Shown here: piece by piece, positions 56,976 to 64,000 of the stretch | How the letters are laid out: the number at the start of each line of letters is the position of its first letter | Position numbering within the stretch: the stretch's first letter is position 1 | Virus record (IMG/VR): IMGVR_UViG_3300042923_000253 | Coordinates: 5,455-69,454 of that record | DNA: 64,000 nucleotides | Origin: a virus | Direction: 5' to 3' (one strand) | Made by a program: the position numbers and the translations under genes | The notes under the pieces: model-generated | Told to the model about the DNA's origin: nothing | The model's input: the letters and a program-made list of their open reading frames with translations, nothing else | The model's database searches: none

Positions 56976-58160
56976 ATGGCAATTCCAGCAACGCAAATCA
57001 CAAAGCAGATTATCACAGACATAATGAATGAGAAGACCAGATTATGTGAGATGGTAGGTGTAACCACTGTCGGTACTAGTAATATTGATGTTCCTGTCAA
57101 TGCTAGGATAGATATTGCCACAATTATATCTGACGATGATGATCCAAAATTCGTTAATGTTGAGGTAATCAGAGCTGGCATATCAAAGGGCAACAATAGA
57201 CGATATAATAACAATCTCGTCAAGGAAGTCAATGATATGGTGCCAGGAGTTCAAGGTTTCTTTGGACACCCAGATCCATCAAAGTTTGGGTTTGAATTTA
57301 GGGAACCACAGTCCATATTTGTAGGTTCAATGATTGATCACATGCCAGATGGATTAGATAGGTGTATTGCCAAAGCTTACCTATTTAAGACATCACTGTT
57401 GAGAGAATGGGTACCTAAGAGTATTGCTGTTGGTAACCCTATGACGGTATCAATTAATGGTACTGGTGATATCATGAGAAATGGCGATCTCTTAGATGTT
57501 ATTCATATGAGCGATCTGCAATCTATTGATTGGGCAAATCCTGGTACAGAGGGTATGGAAACATCCAAGGCAATGTCTGTAGTAACGGAAATGCAAGACA
57601 ACAATAAAGGAGGAATTACAATGAGCGAAGTATTAACAGTTCAAGATGTTATGAAAAATGCCACTGTAACCGAATTTAAGGCTTTCAATCCAACTGGTTA
57701 TGAAGGCATCTTAAAAGGAATTACAGTAACAGAGTTACAGGCAATGAATCCTGCTCTGGTTAGCCAGATTATGGAGAGTGGCAAGATTACAGAACTTGCA
57801 TACAATGTAGGTTCAGAGAAAAAGACAGTGAAGATTACTGAACTCCAGTCATTAGTTGATGGATATGAGAGTAAAATCACAGAAATGACAGAAAAGGCTG
57901 AAACAGCCAAAATCACAGAGTACAAAAATGTACAGTTAGTGAAATTAGTACCAGAGAGTATTCGTGAGAAGATCAGTGGCAGAGTTTCTGGTAAGACAAC
58001 TGCTGATATCGACAAATCTATTGAGACAGAAATTGCTTACGTTCGTGAGATGGGTGGATTTAACAATCTACCAGCACCTAGAACACCACAAGGTAATAGC
58101 GGTACTGATAGCGCAGAAGCTATTATGAAGAATATGTTCGGTGTTAAAGAGAAGAAATAA
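56976..58160 (+). CDS. Prohead protease fused to scaffold
   Basis: S..N.R.Y, F.GHP (His), VSI.G.G (Ser), SIDW...G, then a helical scaffold with repeated (I/V)TE. Confidence 0.8.
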   Translation: MAIPATQITKQIITDIMNEKTRLCEMVGVTTVGTSNIDVPVNARIDIATIISDDDDPKFVNVEVIRAGISKGNNRRYNNNLVKEVNDMVPGVQGFFGHPDPSKFGFEFREPQSIFVGSMIDHMPDGLDRCIAKAYLFKTSLLREWVPKSIAVGNPMTVSINGTGDIMRNGDLLDVIHMSDLQSIDWANPGTEGMETSKAMSVVTEMQDNNKGGITMSEVLTVQDVMKNATVTEFKAFNPTGYEGILKGITVTELQAMNPALVSQIMESGKITELAYNVGSEKKTVKITELQSLVDGYESKITEMTEKAETAKITEYKNVQLVKLVPESIREKISGRVSGKTTADIDKSIETEIAYVREMGGFNNLPAPRTPQGNSGTDSAEAIMKNMFGVKEKK

Positions 58161-58195
58161 TTAACCCAAAATAAATTAATAAGGAGGAATAACCA

Positions 58196-58603
58196 ATGGG
58201 AAAAGATTACTTTATTGGTGAAGGTAATAAGATCGGATACTTACCTACCGAGTTCGGTTCTAATTTAGCACTATCAGAAAAAACTCTCAAAGCTGGTGCG
58301 GATTTAGTTAAGGGACAGGTAGTTATCCTTAGTGATGCGTTGACAGTAGTTCCGTCAACTGCACCTAGTAAATTCGTACTCGGCGTGGCAATGTTTGATG
58401 CTAAAATTAACGAACCAGTTTCAATTGAGACAGAAGGATTATTCAAATTAACAGCAAGTGCGGCTATTACTGCACCAGCGGAAATTGAAGCATCCACAGC
58501 TGGCAAGGTTGTTACTGCTGGTGGTACACCAGTTAAGGTTATCGGTATTGCATTAACAGATGCTTCCACCGATGGCGATGTTTACGTAAAATTTAGTATC
58601 TAA
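58196..58603 (+). CDS. Capsid cement/decoration protein (DUF2190-like)
   Basis: G..V, GVA..DA, EG.F.L, IG.A..DA pattern; precedes the major capsid gene. Confidence 0.75.
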   Translation: MGKDYFIGEGNKIGYLPTEFGSNLALSEKTLKAGADLVKGQVVILSDALTVVPSTAPSKFVLGVAMFDAKINEPVSIETEGLFKLTASAAITAPAEIEASTAGKVVTAGGTPVKVIGIALTDASTDGDVYVKFSI

Positions 58604-58632
58604 TAAAATATATTGAAGAGGAGGAATAACCA

Positions 58633-59496
58633 ATGGCAGATTTGACATTACAAAAGGGTGTAAGAATTTCCGAGTTACAGGGTAGAGCCGATTTCGGTGA
58701 CCTTATGACATACGGACTTAACCCATTATTATTAGATGGTGCTAATGAAGAACCATCACAGTTTGAGACGATCTTCCAGAGATTCGAGCTTACTAGAAAC
58801 AACATCCCATTCCCTACATTTAAAGGTTTGGTTGTTGGTAAGATCTCTGAGGGACAAGAAATTCCATTCATTAGCCTTGGGACTGGTACACAGACAATCA
58901 AAGCTGAAGATTATGGTGTTCGTTGTGGATTCACACATCAGATGATTCGTGATGATGAAGTTGATGTTATCAGATTCACCACTATGGAATTAGGTAAGGC
59001 TCATATCAGAACCAAGAATAAAGTGGCATTCGGTGCTCTTGAAGCTGGTGCTGGGCATAGTATCGCTGCGACCACTCCTGGTATTTTAGCAATCAAGGAT
59101 ATTCGTGATGCTAAGAAGGCTGGAGCACAGTTCAAGGAAGATGGAACTAACATTCCTCGTCCTGTTCACTTCACACATCTTGTAATGAATCCTGATCAAC
59201 AGGACGATTTGATCCCATCTACGATGGACACATTACCACCTGGTATTGTACTTGATCCTACGACTGGTGATATCAAAGGTGTTGCTGGTCTATCAGTGAT
59301 CATCACAGCATGGATTACTCCTGGTGTAGCAGTTCTCGTACGTGCTAAGGACAAACTGTTGTACTGCGTAAGAGAGGAACTCAAATTAGACCGTACAGAG
59401 AACTTCTCTACTGCGGCTGAGGAAGTTAGAACTCTCGAAGCTTATACATTTGCCATCCTTTATGGTGACAACGTTTATAAGATTACTGGTTGCTAA
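58633..59496 (+). CDS. Major capsid protein (HK97 fold)
   Basis: V.EG.EIP, YG....T..MI.DD, L.MNP; position. Confidence 0.88.
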   Translation: MADLTLQKGVRISELQGRADFGDLMTYGLNPLLLDGANEEPSQFETIFQRFELTRNNIPFPTFKGLVVGKISEGQEIPFISLGTGTQTIKAEDYGVRCGFTHQMIRDDEVDVIRFTTMELGKAHIRTKNKVAFGALEAGAGHSIAATTPGILAIKDIRDAKKAGAQFKEDGTNIPRPVHFTHLVMNPDQQDDLIPSTMDTLPPGIVLDPTTGDIKGVAGLSVIITAWITPGVAVLVRAKDKLLYCVREELKLDRTENFSTAAEEVRTLEAYTFAILYGDNVYKITGC

Positions 59497-59533
59497 TCAA
59501 GAGGTCACCAGCATGACTGTTTAACTATACATT

Positions 59534-59568
59534 TGGGTGGGTTTATAGATTAGCTATGGACTCACCCA
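59534..59568 (+). terminator. Hairpin downstream of the major capsid gene
   Basis: TGGGTGGGTTTATAG-loop-CTATGGACTCACCCA followed by TTT. Confidence 0.65.
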
Positions 59569-59613
59569 TTTAATTATCCAAACATTAAAATTTATCCCAA
59601 GGAGGAAATAAAT

Positions 59614-60039
59614 ATGAAAAGCGATCTTAAATTAAATCCAGTAGGTGCAGAGGTAAAACCTGTAGTAGAAACACCAGTAGAAACAGTTGTTGAAGATACC
59701 GTCAATTCAACAGAAACCGAACAATTAGAAACATCAACCGATACAGAAGCGCCAATCAATACGCAAGATGAATTAGCTAATACATCAGCGCAATCGGAAA
59801 ACACAGAAGGAACCGAGCCAACGGAAGAGCAGACAAGCGGAGTGACAAAACATATCGTAACATATATTGGTGGTGGTCATTGGATTGGTTCTGATGGTAA
59901 GGTCTGGGCGAGAGAATCTATGAGTGGCACAGACATCAAGAACATTCGTGAGTATGATGATGAAGATTTCAAATCACGTGAAGATCTCAAATTCATGATA
60001 GGATATGGTGCAATGACAGTTACAACAGTTACTTTATAA
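59614..60039 (+). CDS. Hypothetical virion-associated protein with acidic low-complexity N-terminus
   Basis: AAGGAGG RBS; E/T-rich. Confidence 0.6.
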   Translation: MKSDLKLNPVGAEVKPVVETPVETVVEDTVNSTETEQLETSTDTEAPINTQDELANTSAQSENTEGTEPTEEQTSGVTKHIVTYIGGGHWIGSDGKVWARESMSGTDIKNIREYDDEDFKSREDLKFMIGYGAMTVTTVTL

Positions 60040-60056
60040 GATTGGAGTGATATCAG

Positions 60057-60467
60057 ATGGCAGATAGAGATAAAATATTACGTAATGTATATAGAAAGCT
60101 GGATAGTCTGCCATTAGGTTTTGGTATCCAAGCTTATAATAAGGATCTAACTTCTACGGTCATTGAAGATACATTCGGTGCGGACTTGGATGATGCATTA
60201 CGTGAGATACGTAAGAAAATTGGAGATATTGAAGCAGATTCCTATGACGAATTAGCTATAGAGTCTAGAACAATCTATTATGCATTATGCAGATTTAGGC
60301 TATCGGCTTCAATATTCTTCAAATTTAGTACCGCTGTCGATGGTAAGACTGTCGATAAGAGTATGATACCGAAGATGATGTCAACAATCATAGCAGAATA
60401 TGATGCCAATTTTAAGAAGTGGAGAAGTGGTAGTGTAGCCAACACATGGAATAGGAGCGTGAATTAA
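60057..60467 (+). CDS. Head-tail adaptor (putative)
   Basis: Helical, ~135 aa; neck position. Confidence 0.55.
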   Translation: MADRDKILRNVYRKLDSLPLGFGIQAYNKDLTSTVIEDTFGADLDDALREIRKKIGDIEADSYDELAIESRTIYYALCRFRLSASIFFKFSTAVDGKTVDKSMIPKMMSTIIAEYDANFKKWRSGSVANTWNRSVN

Positions 60468-60946
60468 TGCTTAATGGATGGGATATTGAGTTTATGAAAG
60501 AGTCTGTACATGAAGTTATAACAGCATGGAACACAACTCTAACCGTGTTAACTCCATTACCAATTGACCAACAACCTAATTACAACAAGCTTATGTGTGA
60601 GTATACTGGTGATATAGAGTACACAAAACTCATAATACCAGCAGAGCGCAAGGATATAGTGAACAACCAGACTAATGATATCAAACAGGACGAAGTTGAA
60701 TATGGTGAGAAGAATGCTGGTGTTATGCTATACGCAATACCAGATATGATACCGACATATGACACAAACAATGTTAAGACTGGTATGAGAGCATATAAAC
60801 CAGCCAAAGATGATATATTCATAGTTGATGCTACAGATGATAGGTATTATATCAGATCAATGCGTGATCGTATGGGTGAGACACTTGTAACATTACATCG
60901 ATACGTTGGTGGTACACCTAATGGCAATGGAACTACGGAGGAGTGA
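60467..60946 (+). CDS. Head closure protein (putative)
   Basis: Beta-rich; position. Confidence 0.55.
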   Translation: MLNGWDIEFMKESVHEVITAWNTTLTVLTPLPIDQQPNYNKLMCEYTGDIEYTKLIIPAERKDIVNNQTNDIKQDEVEYGEKNAGVMLYAIPDMIPTYDTNNVKTGMRAYKPAKDDIFIVDATDDRYYIRSMRDRMGETLVTLHRYVGGTPNGNGTTEE

Positions 60947-60968
60947 TAAGAATGGATGGTGACTAGTT

Positions 60969-61448
60969 ATGATAAGAGCGCATTTAAGTGGTTTCGATAA
61001 GTTTATCAGAACATTTGATAGAACAAATCAAGATGTTGAGGATGCCTTGTATGAGGGTACTGAGGATGCGGCTAATTATTTGCGTGAGCGTATTGAAGAG
61101 AAATTCGGAGTATACCAGTCAACTGGTGGTACTGGCAATGGACCATGGGCAAAATTGAAATATAAGACGATTGCTCAAAAGAGGAAACGAGGACATGGTG
61201 CAAATGCTACTAAACCATTGGTTGAGACTGGTGATATGATGTTCTCATTCGATATACAGACATCCAATAGAACCAGAAAGCATACTGCGACAATCACATC
61301 AGATGATGAGAAATTGTTATATCACATCTATGGAGCACCAGAAGCTGGGTTACCAAGACGTGATCCAGTAAGACCCACATTTGAGGAAGAACGTCAGAAT
61401 TGCTTTGATATAATAGTTGAGTCTGTCAGAAAGAGGGTATTTAAATAA
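60969..61448 (+). CDS. Neck/virion morphogenesis protein (HK97 gp10/Mu gpG-like)
   Basis: W..L...T..K...G...PL.ETG, H.YG....P.R...RP. Confidence 0.75.
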   Translation: MIRAHLSGFDKFIRTFDRTNQDVEDALYEGTEDAANYLRERIEEKFGVYQSTGGTGNGPWAKLKYKTIAQKRKRGHGANATKPLVETGDMMFSFDIQTSNRTRKHTATITSDDEKLLYHIYGAPEAGLPRRDPVRPTFEEERQNCFDIIVESVRKRVFK

Positions 61449-62071
61449 TGGTGAAAATGAGGGCAATAGAATATAACCTATGGATGACGTTACTCAAATT
61501 AATGACTGATAGGTTACCAGCGATCGTGCAAGGATATAATATCAAGTATAGTAGACTGGATGTATTGCCTGCATATCCACGTGACCTAACTGACATTAAT
61601 AAACCATCTATAATTGTGAGGAAGGTAGGTACATCACAGTATAAGATAAGCATGGATGGGTTTATCGGACAGAGTTATGACGAAGCCACGAGTACGTATA
61701 CTGATGTTAAGGGAGTAGGGCATGACTCTACGATCCAATTCGACATAGTGGCAGATAGTAACACACAGTCAACACTATTAGCATCAATAATATCTGAAGA
61801 GATATTGAATGATATACTATTGAGCGACATAGATAGAGGTAAATTCACGCTATATGACTTCACTGTTGATGATGCCAATCCTACACCAATGGGACTGGTA
61901 ACGATAATAGACACATCGGACATTACTAACTTCAAGATAGCACCGAATAAGAATAATGATTATGTTAGTGCAATCAGAAGTAGATTCGATATTCTACAAA
62001 CTATCGTGCCGACACAAGAGTATGTTGACCTATCCAAATGGATTAAGGTAACACAAACTATAAATATTTAA
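61448..62071 (+). CDS. Tail terminator/completion protein (putative)
   Basis: YP.......P.I.V, QFDI; directly before the sheath gene. Confidence 0.6.
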   Translation: MVKMRAIEYNLWMTLLKLMTDRLPAIVQGYNIKYSRLDVLPAYPRDLTDINKPSIIVRKVGTSQYKISMDGFIGQSYDEATSTYTDVKGVGHDSTIQFDIVADSNTQSTLLASIISEEILNDILLSDIDRGKFTLYDFTVDDANPTPMGLVTIIDTSDITNFKIAPNKNNDYVSAIRSRFDILQTIVPTQEYVDLSKWIKVTQTINI

Positions 62072-62084
62072 AGGAGGAATTAAG

Positions 62085-63152
62085 ATGGCAAATAAAGTAA
62101 CAGGTTCTACCGATATAACTGGTGCTATTTCTGTTGCACCTAAGGTAGCAAAATGTGTTCTTCTTATTGGCAAGGCTGTTGGTACACCTAGTGATCCAGC
62201 AGTAGCCGATACAATATTCACTATTGGTGGTACTGCAGATGTGAAGGGTAAATTTGGAGATGGTTCCGATTTAGTAAAGATGACTAAGATCCTAATATCA
62301 AATGGTGTCACCTACATCAAGGGTATGGTAGTTGGTACCACGGGTACAACTGATGCAGAGAAGTATGAGACATCACTCGCCGCATCACTATTAGAGAAAG
62401 ACGTCAAATGTATCTTATTAGATACAAATGATGCAACGGTCGTAGTTAAGCTTAAAGGGCACTTAGCAATAGCAGAGGGTGAAGATATGTTTAGATATGC
62501 AGTTATCGCACCGACAAAATCAACTGTTTCACAGACAGATCTTACAACACTATCAGCTACGATAGATAGTAATCGTATATTTATCCCTGGTCCAGCATTC
62601 CTAGATGATGCTGGTGTATTATTAGATGCACAATTTGCACAAGCTGGACTTACTTCAGCTATTATGACAGAGACAGATGATCCAGCATTGCCTCTCAATG
62701 GTGTACATATCTATGGATTCGGTGGAGTGAGTCGTGCTATGTTAGAATCAGAAATGCAGATTCTGGTTAGCAAAGGAATTACACCTATCTATAGTGAGGG
62801 TGGAATACCTACTATCTACAGACTAGTAACATCTGATCAGGATGTAGGTCTAGTATGGCAAGAGGGTACAACAAGATTTATTGCAGATCATGTACTTGAG
62901 ACAGTTGAGAATACATTACGTGCAAACTTCAAACGTACCAAGAATGTTGCGAGAATTCTGGATGCTATTAAGACCAGTGTTAAGACAGTATTAGAAACAT
63001 TGAATGGTCTTGAGATCATCGAGAACTTCGATGCAACCACTCTAAGTGTTATAAAGGATCCTACTGATTTATATGGCGCATTGGTTGATTACGAATTCGA
63101 TGTAGTTACGCCATTATACACTATCACAATTAACCAACATATGAAGCTCTAG
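62085..63152 (+). CDS. Contractile tail sheath protein (short type)
   Basis: FG..S.L, DP..PL, L...G.TP, VT, R..D, V..P...I.I. Confidence 0.88.
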   Translation: MANKVTGSTDITGAISVAPKVAKCVLLIGKAVGTPSDPAVADTIFTIGGTADVKGKFGDGSDLVKMTKILISNGVTYIKGMVVGTTGTTDAEKYETSLAASLLEKDVKCILLDTNDATVVVKLKGHLAIAEGEDMFRYAVIAPTKSTVSQTDLTTLSATIDSNRIFIPGPAFLDDAGVLLDAQFAQAGLTSAIMTETDDPALPLNGVHIYGFGGVSRAMLESEMQILVSKGITPIYSEGGIPTIYRLVTSDQDVGLVWQEGTTRFIADHVLETVENTLRANFKRTKNVARILDAIKTSVKTVLETLNGLEIIENFDATTLSVIKDPTDLYGALVDYEFDVVTPLYTITINQHMKL

Positions 63153-63198
63153 ACTGTTAGGTTTCATAATACTAATACAAATATAAGGAGGTAATAAC

Positions 63199-63600
63199 AT
63201 GGCAGATATTGCAGTAGGAGTTGCTGTAACCACCAGTAATGATATTTTCATCGAAGTTGGTGGTAAAAGAGTTGCTGGTGTTCAGTCATACAACACCAAA
63301 TATACTAACGAAACAAAGCTGGTAGATGCATTCGGACAGGATACACCAATCGGTTACACACTCGGTAAGAAGAAATATACACTCGATGTCCAGAGAGTAT
63401 ATCTAGAGGATACAGCTATTGCAGATGGTGTTGACTTCTATACACTTGCAAATAGTGATTTTAATACTGTAATTGTGAAGAATGGTAGGAGAATTGTTTA
63501 CAAGAACTGTATTGTATCTGATATTTCCGAGGATGGCTCACTCAATGATAAAGTAGTTGAGAAGATGTCATTAATGGCTCTCAACAGAGTTAAGGAATAG
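63199..63600 (+). CDS. Tail tube protein
   Basis: I...G..VA.VQS, Y..C.......G......V.E; follows the sheath. Confidence 0.8.
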   Translation: MADIAVGVAVTTSNDIFIEVGGKRVAGVQSYNTKYTNETKLVDAFGQDTPIGYTLGKKKYTLDVQRVYLEDTAIADGVDFYTLANSDFNTVIVKNGRRIVYKNCIVSDISEDGSLNDKVVEKMSLMALNRVKE

Positions 63601-63617
63601 TATGAGGAGGAATTGTC

Positions 63618-64000
63618 ATGGCTGGTGGCAAGATAAGTCAATTAAGACGTGGTGTTAAACCACATAAATTGGTAACATTAGGAGGTAACGGTGCTACTGT
63701 GGATGTCATGGTAGTACTGTTATCATCCGATATAATGCAACAGATTGAGGAGGAGACAGAGGAATATTGTCAAACTAACTCGAAGAGAGTAAACACAAAG
63801 GTACGTGCTAAGTACCACAATAAGCTGTTATGCCACTACTGTATGAGGGATCCAGAAGATCCAAAATACGAGGAATTTATGACCGACTCTATCGAAGAAG
63901 TCGGACGAAGCCTCGACGATGAAGATATAAAGAGGGTATGTGAGGCATACAGCGAGTTATTGGTAAATAGGGCACCAAAATTAGAGATGCTCAAGCAAGA
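63618..64000 (+). CDS. Tail assembly chaperone, partial (runs off window)
   Basis: AGGAGG RBS, ATG 63618, open to the end; follows the tail tube gene. Confidence 0.6.
   Translation, partial: MAGGKISQLRRGVKPHKLVTLGGNGATVDVMVVLLSSDIMQQIEEETEEYCQTNSKRVNTKVRAKYHNKLLCHYCMRDPEDPKYEEFMTDSIEEVGRSLDDEDIKRVCEAYSELLVNRAPKLEMLKQ

Noticed and set aside
563-62698. Numerous antisense ORFs in the track nested in long genes
   Set aside because: They are shadows of the real genes' codon bias, with no RBS or recognisable motifs.
1-64000. Stop-codon reassignment
   Set aside because: Genes are full-length and tightly packed under the standard code, and TAA, TAG and TGA all end genes.
1-64000. Prophage or temperate lifestyle
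   Set aside because: No integrase, repressor, partition genes or flanking host genes are visible in the window.

Overview
The window is most of the genome of an apparently lytic, AT-rich, contractile-tailed (myovirus-type) phage. Its host is probably an anaerobic Firmicute (Clostridia-like): sigmaA promoters, strong AGGAGG RBSs, class III RNR, XhlA/holin/NlpC endolysin. It is circularly permuted, starting in the baseplate genes and ending in a tail-assembly chaperone, so the missing part is probably the tape-measure/hub region. Layout: baseplate, fibre and lysis genes (+, 1-9.3 kb); replication and nucleotide metabolism (-, 9.5-40 kb); an early/host-takeover-like region of small ORFs with six near-consensus sigmaA promoters (-, 40-51.3 kb); terminase, head and tail genes (+, 51.6-64 kb). 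No integrase, repressor, CRISPR array or true tRNA was seen. Main points: (1) The adenylosuccinate-synthetase homolog has PurZ (2-aminoadenine, Z-base) signatures, but no recognisable datZ, mazZ or family-A DpoZ is present. The only polymerase is an intein-less, naturally split family-C DnaE, and the core genome visibly avoids A/T tracts. This is a candidate non-canonical Z-DNA system. (2) Four 43-44 nt tRNA-elbow mimics (12-position helix, GG-containing linker, 7-nt T-loop, different stem sequences) sit just after stop codons in the early region. (3) Also seen: a ~150-nt rod-shaped candidate ncRNA, an rrn-like boxB/boxA leader, a four-member paralogous early protein family, and a ferredoxin:thioredoxin reductase-like gene with a CC-type NrdD. 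All calls come from reading motifs by eye; no searches were run.
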